A stretch of DNA of 64,000 nucleotides, taken from contig OZ245742.1 of NCBI GenBank assembly GCA_965227295.1, positions 2,816,001 to 2,880,000 on the forward strand, read 5' to 3'. The stretch comes from Leptonemataceae bacterium (GTDB lineage Bacteria; Spirochaetota; Leptospiria; Leptospirales; Leptonemataceae). The notes under the pieces were generated by a model, which saw only the letters and a program-made list of their open reading frames with translations, was not told where the DNA came from and did not search any database. Every line of letters begins with the position of its first letter. Within the stretch, counting starts at the first letter, position 1. Shown here piece after piece: positions 24,402 to 33,802 of this stretch. Both the position numbers and the translations under genes were made by a program.

Positions 24402-24863
24402 TCAGGGGTTCTCATATGCTTTCTCCAGGGCAGCCACGTCTAACTTGATCATCTCCATCATTGCGGCCATCACGGCCTGCACCCGCTTCGAGTCCTTGTC
24501 GGCGATGAGTTCCATGAAGCGCCTGGGAACAATTTGCCAGGAAACGCCAAACGGATCGGTGATCCATCCGCATTGCTGTGGTTTGGCCCCGGCATCGATC
24601 AGTTTGTCCCAGTAAAGATCGACCTCGGCCTGGTCTTCGCAATCGACAAAGAGCGAAAAGGCATTGGAAAACGTGAAATAGGAGCCGCCGTTGTAGCCCA
24701 TAAAGAATTGGCCGCCGACTACAAACTCCGCGGATGTGATGGGCCCATCGGCGCCGGTGCGGGCGACGTTTTTGATTTCTGAGTCCGGGAAGGTTGTGGT
24801 GTAGAATTCGATTGCGGCCTCTAATTGATCGTTGAACATGAGGAATGGGGTTACTTTGTTCAT
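24402..24863 (-). CDS. VOC family protein (PhnB / 3-dmu-9_3-mt-like)
   Basis: KVTPFLMFN, CEDQAEVDLYWDKL, CGWITDPFGVSWQIVP; GGAGG RBS. Confidence 0.92.
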   Translation of the reverse strand: MNKVTPFLMFNDQLEAAIEFYTTTFPDSEIKNVARTGADGPITSAEFVVGGQFFMGYNGGSYFTFSNAFSLFVDCEDQAEVDLYWDKLIDAGAKPQQCGWITDPFGVSWQIVPRRFMELIADKDSKRVQAVMAAMMEMIKLDVAALEKAYENP

Positions 24864-24909
24864 TGTTTGGAACCTCCGGAGATAGCTTCAATTTATTAGA
24901 AGATTTGTT

Positions 24910-25368
24910 TTGTCAACAAGGTCTTCTGTCGACGGGCAGGCCGGCGAGGTAACCGTGCGTTCGCTGAAGCTCAAGGACGGTTTCGAGTTAATGTCGATCG
25001 ACGCCGATCCGTTGGAGCGTTACGTCTTCGTGGCGCAGTTGATTCGGGTTGTGGACGGCGATACGTTGCTCGTGCTGGTGGACCTGGGTTTTTCGGTGTT
25101 CGTGCGCCAGCGCTTACGTTTGCGCCGCGTGGATGCGCCGGAGCTGGATTCGGAACGCGGCCGGAAGGCGAAGTCGTTCGTGGAAGCACGGCTGGTGCCG
25201 CACGGGTTGCTGGTGTTGCGGACGTTCGGGACGGATCAGTATGATCGTTACGTCTGCGATTTGTGGTACGGGGACGCCGGCGCGTCCGCGGACATGATTG
25301 TGCGGGAAGGGCGGTTGTTGAATGCGGAGTTGATTGAGGAAGGCCTTGCGGATGGGGTGCGGCATTAG
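24910..25368 (+). CDS. Thermonuclease (SNase) family protein, possibly N-terminally truncated
   Basis: RVVDGDTL...RLRLRRVDAPE...DQYDRYVCD...LNAELIEEGLA; start codon uncertain. Confidence 0.8.
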   Translation: MSTRSSVDGQAGEVTVRSLKLKDGFELMSIDADPLERYVFVAQLIRVVDGDTLLVLVDLGFSVFVRQRLRLRRVDAPELDSERGRKAKSFVEARLVPHGLLVLRTFGTDQYDRYVCDLWYGDAGASADMIVREGRLLNAELIEEGLADGVRH

Positions 25369-28300
25369 GGGGGAGAATTACTATCTACGGAGAGTATATC
25401 GTGGAAAACTGCGATGACTTTCAGTTCCCTCTGGGCGTCCTTTTCCAATATGATGGGTTCGTGCTTGTTGTTAATCGGACTGAGGATGATTCGCTCATGC
25501 TTCCATAATTCTTCGGGAGTTTCTATCTTCTCGCTGCGATAGACCTTTACAGTGTAACGTCCCCCGTTTTCCGGATCATTCGCTTCACGGGATTCAACCA
25601 GTACCGTAAGCCCCTGGCGCGAACCGCCGACGCCGGCCTGAAAAATACAATAGGAGCCGGCCGGGATTCTCGGCTCCATCGAGTCTCCGCGAACCTGCGC
25701 GACAAAGAAATCCTGTGTATAGCCTTTGATCCGTTCCGGAACCCGTAGCCAGCCGTCCTCATGGACTTCTTGAGCTTCGCTGAACTTTCCGGCTGCTGCT
25801 TTCAGAGAGTACACAGGCAGGTAGCGACGAAACTTGTCCTTCTCCTCGACTTCCCGCAGGATGTAGGATAGCTGCTGCTCTCGACCGAAATTACTTTCCG
25901 AGATTGCGAGCAAACCTTCGAGTTGTATGCGTTCGTAAAGGTCGTCCTTCAGAAGGGCTTTCGTATCGTTCTCGAATAAGAGAATTCCGCCGTAGTCGCC
26001 AGAGAGAGGTTGTTCATTGAGTCTATTCAACAGAAGATTTTTCTTGTTTTCCGAAAAGTCCTCTCCTTTTGTCTCTACGGCAAAGATGCGTTGACTGCAA
26101 TGTAGTAGAAAGTCGGGGTAGTAACGCTTGCCGCCATATTGAAAAAATACCTGGCGACCGTTGCGAACCCAGAATTCTCGTTTCGTGTTACCTGAGTTGC
26201 CGATAATTCTGTCCATTGTCTCCGCCGCGACGAACTCCGGAAATGAATCGAAGCGAACATACGGATAAAGAGAATTCTCGTAGCCGGAGAATTGATATCC
26301 GGCGTTGATCATCTCCTTGACCTTTTCGTAGTCATGGCGCAGGATATCTATTGGGGTCCCTTTTTTGGTCTTCCGGCTTAAGGACCTCTGGTCCTCCGGA
26401 ATCTTCAGGGTCTCTTTTACGAAAGACTTCGCGAGTCCGAATTCTTCTTCATCCGGCCCGTCGTAGTTCAGTATGAAGTAATGCTTTTCAATGTAGTTCC
26501 GGTAGAAGAAACTAAACGTGCTTACAAAGCGATGCCTCGCGGCCAGATGATCGGCGGGGTCCGAGTAAAAATACGCAATATTCCTCGCGTTCAGCTCGGT
26601 GGCATAATCTGTAAAACAATCTCGTACAGCCCGGGTATCAGGCAGGCAGTTGAGTATCTTCTGGACTGTGTTGTAGGTATCATCGATCAGCCTCTGATTA
26701 AGATTCAGTTGACGGTCCTGATCGCCTCGTTTTTGCATTTCGCGTTTCTGTTCCCGAAAATCGGCCGCGAATACGTCCGTCTCCAAAAAGAAAGAGTGCG
26801 GTAAGAACTTCAAATGAAGCTCGCCACCGTCCTGGAAGCAGTTGTGCTTACAGTATTCGTCGACTATCTTTGTAATATCTTGCACCAGCCCCATAAGGCT
26901 GACACCCTTCTTCACACGTTCCTGGGCTTTAATTCTTGGGAAGTATAACTTATCGAGAAGATTCGCCCGTGGTTCGTTCTCTACGGTCACCTCGCGATGC
27001 TCCATACCGAGATAGAGGCTGTTCAGGCCGAACTCTTTTTGAATCGAAAGAATCAGCTCTTCGAAGCTCCGGCCTGGATCACAGATGATATGCAGCATTT
27101 CCGTTTGGCGCTGCCACTCGTCTGTTGATCGATCATAAAGCCGTTTCTCCCGGGGCAAGCGCACGCCGCGTCCGATGATTTGTTTGATGTGCGTTCGAGC
27201 ATCTGTAACCGTATCGTTGATTACAGCCATGCTGTAGATGTTGGGTAAATCGATGCCCTCATCGAGGCGCTGCATATAAACAACGATTTCGACTTCGTTG
27301 GTGCGGATGTTGCGATAGCGCCGCTGGGTATCCGTGTCACTCTTCCCGTGATAAAAGATAGTTCGATGCGCAAAGCCGCGAAATGCCTTGCGGATTTTTT
27401 CCTCGTCGCCGGAAAATCGGTCCTGGATCAGCTGGCGTAGCGCATGTACGATTTCGTAGTTCTCGGTTTGGATTTTTCCCAGAATGAATTGCAAATGCTC
27501 AACTTCGTCGGCTACCTTCTCGCTCAGATACTCAAATACCAGACGTGCGTATTTCGTATCGTCTTTGACTTTCACGAAAGCCAACGGCTTGATGCGGCTG
27601 CCTTCTCGGTCCAGAGATTCCTGCTTCATCATGTGCACGAGCAAGAGGGTGATCAATTTTAGCTTTTCAACCCGCGGTAACTCGGTCTTACGTGCACGGC
27701 TTTTTTCGGTGTCGATGAGCGCCAGGGCCCGGACCAGCTTGCCGTGTCCGGCTTCCAGAAACTCCCGAATCGAATACCGATAGACGATGTTTTGTGCGCG
27801 CCGTTCCCGGCTTTTTGTGCTCTCGGAAGCTGTCGCCGTAAATTCCAGAATTATGTCAGGACGAAACGCCTTGATGATATTCAGGGAGGTGCTCTTCTGA
27901 GTATGATGCGCCTCGTCGATGATGATCACCAGCGGCTCGTTTTGCAAGTACTGCTTAATGCTGACCTGATTCTCCTCGGAATCCTTCCATGCGGCCGATT
28001 CTCCGGCTTCAGAGGTTCTAATCGCGTTCTTTCCGAATTTACTGATGTTAAAGACGAAGATGCTGAAGTCTTTGTCTTGATCGAAGAGGGACTCACTTTG
28101 CTGGTAGTTATCTCCGCTGACCAGGTTAAAGTGCACGTCATCCCCCCAAACCGTCTCGGCCGTGCCTTTTGAAAAATTGCGGATTGATTTCTCGTAAATG
28201 TCGGTGGACGCCGGCGTAATGATCAAGAAGTTCCGTATACCGCGAGTCTTGTGCAAGTGGTACATAGCGGCGCCCATCACCGCCGTTTTGCCGGACCCTG

Positions 28301-28598
28301 TGGCCATCTCGAATCCGAGGAACGGCCGTTTTTCTTTGGTCTCTCGGTCGATCGTTTCCAGCAGGTCTTTGTAGACAGGATGCGCCTCCGGAAACCGAAG
28401 CAGCGCATCCAGCGTATACAGAGCGTCCATTTGATACGGCCGCATGGGATAACGCATGATGCTGGTTTCGATCAATTCCAGCAAGGCCAGGTTACCCTCG
28501 GCAGACCTGTACAGATCTTCGGCGATCTCCTGGCGCTTGCGCCGGTATTCCTTAATATTATCTGCAAGAAACTTTGCGTGTTTTTCGTAGTACGACAT
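25365..28598 (-). CDS. Type III restriction-like SF2 helicase/endonuclease (Res) with C-terminal S24 peptidase domain
   Basis: FEMATGSGKT, DEAHH, LDEGIDLPNI, QIIGRGVR, YYPDFL...VETKG, then LPVYSLKAAAG...VRGDSMEP...YTVK. Confidence 0.9.
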   Translation of the reverse strand: MSYYEKHAKFLADNIKEYRRKRQEIAEDLYRSAEGNLALLELIETSIMRYPMRPYQMDALYTLDALLRFPEAHPVYKDLLETIDRETKEKRPFLGFEMATGSGKTAVMGAAMYHLHKTRGIRNFLIITPASTDIYEKSIRNFSKGTAETVWGDDVHFNLVSGDNYQQSESLFDQDKDFSIFVFNISKFGKNAIRTSEAGESAAWKDSEENQVSIKQYLQNEPLVIIIDEAHHTQKSTSLNIIKAFRPDIILEFTATASESTKSRERRAQNIVYRYSIREFLEAGHGKLVRALALIDTEKSRARKTELPRVEKLKLITLLLVHMMKQESLDREGSRIKPLAFVKVKDDTKYARLVFEYLSEKVADEVEHLQFILGKIQTENYEIVHALRQLIQDRFSGDEEKIRKAFRGFAHRTIFYHGKSDTDTQRRYRNIRTNEVEIVVYMQRLDEGIDLPNIYSMAVINDTVTDARTHIKQIIGRGVRLPREKRLYDRSTDEWQRQTEMLHIICDPGRSFEELILSIQKEFGLNSLYLGMEHREVTVENEPRANLLDKLYFPRIKAQERVKKGVSLMGLVQDITKIVDEYCKHNCFQDGGELHLKFLPHSFFLETDVFAADFREQKREMQKRGDQDRQLNLNQRLIDDTYNTVQKILNCLPDTRAVRDCFTDYATELNARNIAYFYSDPADHLAARHRFVSTFSFFYRNYIEKHYFILNYDGPDEEEFGLAKSFVKETLKIPEDQRSLSRKTKKGTPIDILRHDYEKVKEMINAGYQFSGYENSLYPYVRFDSFPEFVAAETMDRIIGNSGNTKREFWVRNGRQVFFQYGGKRYYPDFLLHCSQRIFAVETKGEDFSENKKNLLLNRLNEQPLSGDYGGILLFENDTKALLKDDLYERIQLEGLLAISESNFGREQQLSYILREVEEKDKFRRYLPVYSLKAAAGKFSEAQEVHEDGWLRVPERIKGYTQDFFVAQVRGDSMEPRIPAGSYCIFQAGVGGSRQGLTVLVESREANDPENGGRYTVKVYRSEKIETPEELWKHERIILSPINNKHEPIILEKDAQRELKVIAVFHDILSVDSNSPP

Positions 28599-28601
28599 GC
28601 T

Positions 28602-30482
28602 TTAGTCTCCTACGATCAACGCCTGCGGCACCTTGATGATCTCCAGGTTTTCCGGCTTCTCCGACACGGCGATCTCTATGCCGCGGTTCGTGTAGAAAAC
28701 CATGGATTTACGGGTTTGTTTCTCTTTTTCCAGATACTCCTCAACGTATCCCTGTAGCTCGATTTCGGTCATCATCTCGTCTTTCGAATTCGGCTCTGCC
28801 AGACTGGCAATGCCGACCATGTGTCCGAAATATCCGATTGTCGCCTTTTTGAGAGCCTTCAGTTCCTGGAAGTCATACGATAGCAATAGATTGCGTTCCA
28901 ATTCCTCGCGCCCGAGTTTCCAGCGAAATTCCGCGCGGCCGTCTTTTCCGTAATCCAGGATCGACGGGCCGACTACGCAGTAGCGAAATGATCCGCCGCC
29001 CCGCCATTCTACGGCTTTCGAGATGCCGCCCTGGTCCTCGCCGCTCAGGACCTTTTTCATGCGCGGGATGATGTGGGTTTCGGCATGTTTGCCGACTTCT
29101 ACGCCGATGTAGCGGCGACCCATCTTCTGCGCTACGGCGAGGGTGGTGCCGGAGCCGGCGAAGCAATCGAGGATAAGGTCGTTGGGATCAGTGCATATTT
29201 CAAAAACACGTTTGATTAACCTTTCAGGTTTCTTACTGTTCTTAAACTTTATGCCACCTTCCCGGGCAATACCAGCGTACTTAATATCGTCCCAAAAATT
29301 CGTGAGTAATTCCGTTGGAACCTCCGCCGAGTCCACTTTTTTGACCTTGTTCTTGTAAAAAGCCAGGGATCCGCCATTGTAAATGAATATCGGGTCCATA
29401 TCTGCGCGTTCAATTGGAATGACATGCCCGGGTTTCTCTTTGCTCTTTTTGATCGTTTGTTGAATGAGTGCTGACGGCTTATGTGGATCTCTAACACTTA
29501 CTACGGAGTCTTTATGCCTCAGGGCAAACTCAGCGCGGAGCTGATGCCGGATTTGCTTCCAGGCCACGCCCCACTTTTGACGGGCGTCTTTCCAATCTTC
29601 AACTCCATTTTCTCGGTAAATAAAGCTATCTATCGATTCAATTTTCCATTTCTCCGCCGGTGATTCTATATTAGTTATTATCAGTCCGTAGTTACTGTCG
29701 TATTCCACCGGAACATAGACTGGTCGAAAATCAAACTTGTTTCGATCCTTAGCATAGAATAGAATATACTCAGTAACGCTTACGGGGCCAGGGTTTATCG
29801 CTTTAAAGCCGGCAGGGGAAGCCCTCTTAATCGAAATGAACTGCACCGAATTATTCCGCCCAAAAACTTCATCCAGCAACACGGAAAGATAAACGTGCTC
29901 TTCAGTATCGATCTGAATAAAGAGACCCCCATCCTCTCTGAGCAGACTACGGAGAGCAATCAGCCGATCCCGCATCATCGTCAACCATTCCGAGTGTGCT
30001 AAATTATCATCATACTGCTCAAACGCACTTCCGGTATTGTACGGCGGATCAATATAAATACACTTCACCTTCTCCTCATCCGGCTTTCCCTCGAAGTGTT
30101 TCTGCAACGCCCGCAACGCCAACAGGTTGTCCCCGCGAATCAACAGGTTATCGCTATCGAGGACATCCTTCCTGTGCTCCTTAACCTGAAACTCCTTTTC
30201 CAGGAGAGTTCCGTCTTTCGTTTTCTCGACGGCCTCATATGCTTTCTGAAAGACCAGCGGGCGTACCTCGCGTACGCGCATATCGTTTCGATCCACCCAG
30301 TAGGGCCGGAGGCCCCGGCCTTCAGATTCGTCGATTTCGTAAAAGAGCGATTGATCCTTGTTGACCCAGTTCAACCGGGGGGCGGGTACGTCGCCGTCGC
30401 GGGCCCGCGGTTCTTCCTGGAGAATGATTGCCCGCTCTTTGTTGTACCAATCGAGAGTCAGAGAGCCTTTGTAACGTGCCAT
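28602..30482 (-). CDS. Type III-like site-specific DNA methyltransferase (Mod)
   Basis: IRGDNL, IYIDPPYNTG, KPERLIKR, LDCFAGSGTT (beta-class motif order). Confidence 0.93.
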   Translation of the reverse strand: MARYKGSLTLDWYNKERAIILQEEPRARDGDVPAPRLNWVNKDQSLFYEIDESEGRGLRPYWVDRNDMRVREVRPLVFQKAYEAVEKTKDGTLLEKEFQVKEHRKDVLDSDNLLIRGDNLLALRALQKHFEGKPDEEKVKCIYIDPPYNTGSAFEQYDDNLAHSEWLTMMRDRLIALRSLLREDGGLFIQIDTEEHVYLSVLLDEVFGRNNSVQFISIKRASPAGFKAINPGPVSVTEYILFYAKDRNKFDFRPVYVPVEYDSNYGLIITNIESPAEKWKIESIDSFIYRENGVEDWKDARQKWGVAWKQIRHQLRAEFALRHKDSVVSVRDPHKPSALIQQTIKKSKEKPGHVIPIERADMDPIFIYNGGSLAFYKNKVKKVDSAEVPTELLTNFWDDIKYAGIAREGGIKFKNSKKPERLIKRVFEICTDPNDLILDCFAGSGTTLAVAQKMGRRYIGVEVGKHAETHIIPRMKKVLSGEDQGGISKAVEWRGGGSFRYCVVGPSILDYGKDGRAEFRWKLGREELERNLLLSYDFQELKALKKATIGYFGHMVGIASLAEPNSKDEMMTEIELQGYVEEYLEKEKQTRKSMVFYTNRGIEIAVSEKPENLEIIKVPQALIVGD

Positions 30483-30504
30483 AAATGAGAAATCCGGTTA
30501 AAAA

Positions 30505-33297
30505 TCAGCTGAGGGTGGCTGGTTTAGAACAAACTCTCGAATAGTAGCAGGACTCGCATCTCGATTTTTCCGTGGCGTGCGGGAATTCGTTGCCGCGGAT
30601 TTTATCTACGGTGTTCTCAATCAGCTCCCGGGTGTCCCGTAGGCGACCGGCTTGAAGTTCTTCCCGGGTCGGCTGGTTCCGGTCCATGTCGTAGATTTCC
30701 AGAAAGTCGGCATTCCGCCCGGTAAGCTCGGCATAGCCCATGGCGTATAGAGAAAGCTGTTCCATGGTGATTTTTGGATTGTTCTCGTGCAACTTTGACT
30801 TGAAATCGATGATGGTGATTTCGGCGGAACCGTCTTGGTTTTGTCGGCGCACCAGATCGATCCGACCGTTGATCACGATGTCCTCGTTGAGATCCAGTTC
30901 GATGTCCTTCTCGACGTACTCGATTTCCTGAAAGCTTGGCTGGCGCAATTCCAGGTATTGTTCGGTAATTCGTTGTGCATTCTTTCGAGAATCCGCAAGG
31001 GCCTCCTCGAATGCATGCGGTAAATGAAAATGTTTATCGAGAAGCGGGGCCAGATCTTCGTTTGTAAATTGCTCACCATCCAGTCCGCGACGGTGCAATT
31101 CCATGAGTACGCTGTGAATCGAGCGTCCGTAGCCGACCTGTACATTCAGGGGGCTCTCGAAACCATACATGCTGATCAGCTTAAAGCGATATGGGCATTC
31201 AAAGTAGTCGCGCAGAACACTGAAGTTGAGTATGATCTTATTCGTGTTGACGCGCGGCACGGGATGAGATCGGTCTCGATCCGAGTAGTCGCGATCGGGA
31301 TTCGAGAATAGAAAATCCGAATGACTGATCTCGTTGTAAAAGGCCGACTCGCGCTGATAGAGCCGATTGTTGAGAGGCGCACGGGATAAAAACAAGAACT
31401 TTTGCGCACGCGTGAGTGCAACATAGAACAGGCGCCGTTCATCTTCTTCTGAAACCTCGTATCGCTCCTGATCTACGACCAGATTGCGATCGAGCACATG
31501 CCACACGGATTTGCCGCCGTGCTTTTTCGACGGGAGATAGTTTCGGTTCAGCCCCGGTAGAAAGACCACCGGAAATTCCAGGCCCTTCGACTGGTGGATA
31601 GACATGAGCTGTACCGCGTTGGGCGTTCGGTAGCTATTGTTCAGCCAGCCCTCTGGATAGTAGTTCTCCGCGGCGTAACGCAAAAAGCTCATGAAGAACG
31701 AGAGCTTGAGCGGCGGTTTACTCTTGAAATTGATTTGTTCGTAGTCACCGATTACATGGCTGAACTGACCGAGATTATAGAAAGCAATCTCGGCCCGGGA
31801 ATTTGTATGTTCATCCTCGTCCGTGTCGGAATCGAAGAAAACCTCTTCCGTGATCCCGGACGTCTTCAGAAAGTCCTGATACACTGCCTGCAAGACGAAA
31901 CGATCGTAACTCAGTTTTTTCTTTGGCTCTGTTGCCTCAAGGCGTCTCCGAATCTTTTTTAGCTCCTGAATCGCCGCGTGCAGGCTTGTACGTTCCGTGT
32001 CGACACCCGCTTCTCGCCAGAGGTCTTCGATGACCGATTCATCGATTTGATTGCTCAAGAACTCGAAAATCGAGCGGGCGGCTCGCACTTCCGTGGTTTC
32101 AAATAGTTCATTTACGCCTGTTACAATAAATGGAATGCCTTCACGACGAAGTGTTTCGACCACAGTGGTTGCCTTGCTCCACTTTCGAAAAAGCAGGCAG
32201 AAATCGCTGTAATCCAACCCGCGGACGAATCCTTTTTCCTTGAGAGCTGTTCCGCGCAATTTGCGGATTGTGCGGACGATGAATTCATTTTCGGCCTCTT
32301 CGTTCTCAAAGGAATTGTAAAGAATGTCTCCCTTCTCGTAGGTTTGTGCTTCCGTATCACGCATTTCTTTGGGCAAGCGTTCCTGGTTGTTGCGGATAGC
32401 TCGCATGGCGACATCGATAATGCCTGCGGAACTGCGAAAGTTTTCCTCCAGTTTAATCGAACGGACTCCATCGTACCGATTGGCAAAGTCAATGATGTTG
32501 CGGATCTGGCTTCCGCGCCACTGGTAAATTGTTTGGTCGTCGTCTCCCACCACGCAAAGGTTCAGCCCTTTCGCAGCATCATACAAAGCCCGAATCAGTC
32601 GTTCCTGAATGGGATTTACATCCTGGTATTCGTCAACGATCAGATAACGTAGATCGGAGCAAACTCGCCCGGCGAACTCGGGATCGGTTTGCAATCGGCG
32701 CACCGTTTCGGTGAGAACCATCGTGAAATCAAAGTACGCGGACTCTTGCAGTGTCTTTTCGTACTGTTCTCTGGCCTCCGTCAAGTTAGCCGGAAGCTCC
32801 ACGTCCGATCGCAGCTCTGATTCGCGCAAAATCGACATGGCTGTTATGAAGTAATCGGTATCCTTATAACGTTCTAAATTTAGTTCGCGCATCCCGATTT
32901 CTTTGTATTTCCGATCAACGAAAAGTTTGAGTTTCACATCATCCAGAATCGAATATTTTTGAAATTCATACGCATGGTCCTGCAACATGCGCAGGCACCA
33001 GGCATGGATCGTTCCAATAAAAAGCTCGGCCATTCCCTGGATGCCGTTCTGGATACGCTGACGGGTAATTCGCAGAACGCGATTTTTTAGTTCCGCGGCG
33101 GCTTTCTCTGTGAAGGTGAAAGCGAGAATCGAGGAGGGGGTGACGCCGTTCTTTTGGAGGATGCGAACAATTCGCTCGGATATGACCTGCGTTTTTCCCG
33201 AACCGGCGCATGCGATGATTTGCAAATTATGATCTGTCGTTTCGATCGCTTCTTGTTGCCGGGTCGTATAGGAAATTCGGTTCAGGTTCTCGCTCAT
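30505..33297 (-). CDS. UvrD/PcrA-family helicase fused to PD-(D/E)XK nuclease with Cys cluster
   Basis: ACAGSGKT, VDEYQD, VGDDDQTIYQWRG, SIHQSKGLEF, RRLFYVALTRA; then FECPY, GRIDLV..IIDFKS, QLSLYA, CESCYYSRVC. Confidence 0.93.
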   Translation of the reverse strand: MSENLNRISYTTRQQEAIETTDHNLQIIACAGSGKTQVISERIVRILQKNGVTPSSILAFTFTEKAAAELKNRVLRITRQRIQNGIQGMAELFIGTIHAWCLRMLQDHAYEFQKYSILDDVKLKLFVDRKYKEIGMRELNLERYKDTDYFITAMSILRESELRSDVELPANLTEAREQYEKTLQESAYFDFTMVLTETVRRLQTDPEFAGRVCSDLRYLIVDEYQDVNPIQERLIRALYDAAKGLNLCVVGDDDQTIYQWRGSQIRNIIDFANRYDGVRSIKLEENFRSSAGIIDVAMRAIRNNQERLPKEMRDTEAQTYEKGDILYNSFENEEAENEFIVRTIRKLRGTALKEKGFVRGLDYSDFCLLFRKWSKATTVVETLRREGIPFIVTGVNELFETTEVRAARSIFEFLSNQIDESVIEDLWREAGVDTERTSLHAAIQELKKIRRRLEATEPKKKLSYDRFVLQAVYQDFLKTSGITEEVFFDSDTDEDEHTNSRAEIAFYNLGQFSHVIGDYEQINFKSKPPLKLSFFMSFLRYAAENYYPEGWLNNSYRTPNAVQLMSIHQSKGLEFPVVFLPGLNRNYLPSKKHGGKSVWHVLDRNLVVDQERYEVSEEDERRLFYVALTRAQKFLFLSRAPLNNRLYQRESAFYNEISHSDFLFSNPDRDYSDRDRSHPVPRVNTNKIILNFSVLRDYFECPYRFKLISMYGFESPLNVQVGYGRSIHSVLMELHRRGLDGEQFTNEDLAPLLDKHFHLPHAFEEALADSRKNAQRITEQYLELRQPSFQEIEYVEKDIELDLNEDIVINGRIDLVRRQNQDGSAEITIIDFKSKLHENNPKITMEQLSLYAMGYAELTGRNADFLEIYDMDRNQPTREELQAGRLRDTRELIENTVDKIRGNEFPHATEKSRCESCYYSRVCSKPATLS

Positions 33298-33451
33298 ATT
33301 ACCCAATACTGAAATCCATTCAGGCTCGCAATTGTCATTCGAAACGGCGCACCTGAAAGGAGGCTAATCGAAGGGGCATGCTGGGCCGATTCAATATATT
33401 GTTGCCAGTATTGATGTGCTATGTGATACAGAGCTAATCGCCCCCCTCCCA

Positions 33452-33615
33452 AATTCCGCCACCACGGTGGCGAAATTCAGTGACATCTCTTCGCGTTAGG
33501 GACACGCAGGGTGGCGCGCAGCGCCAGTCTCGCGTCTTCGCGAGACCGCAGCGAAGCGGAGCCCGGAGTGGCCCGGCGGCCCGGCTGCTTCCGACGCAGC
33601 CGGGCCGCAACGCCC
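33452..33615. other. Multi-hairpin non-coding element
   Basis: CGCCACC/GGTGGCG, TGGCGC/GCGCCA, GTCTCGCG/CGCGAGAC (33527-33546), GCGGCCCGGCTGC/GCAGCCGGGCCGC (33576-33608). Confidence 0.6.
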
Positions 33616-33694
33616 AACTTCCCGGCACATTACGTCACCCACCATCCTAACGAAATTCTAACACGCCGCCACTGACACCATGTCAGCAAAACGC

Positions 33695-33723
33695 TTGCAA
33701 AATGAACCGGCATTCCGTAACAT
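33695..33723 (+). promoter_or_regulatory. Candidate sigma70 promoter for the SGNH hydrolase gene
   Basis: TTGCAA-N17-TAACAT about 80 nt before the ATG at 33803. Confidence 0.45.
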
Positions 33724-33802
33724 AGCCAAAATCAACTACGAACGAAGTCACCGACGCAAGCCTTCAAATATACAGAGCCGGCGGAGACTTCAGGAGAGAA
33801 TC

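Noticed and set aside
22700..24900. Integron cassette array
   Set aside because: Genes are co-oriented and foreign-looking, but I found no attC-like RYYYAAC/GTTRRRY pairs and no integrase.
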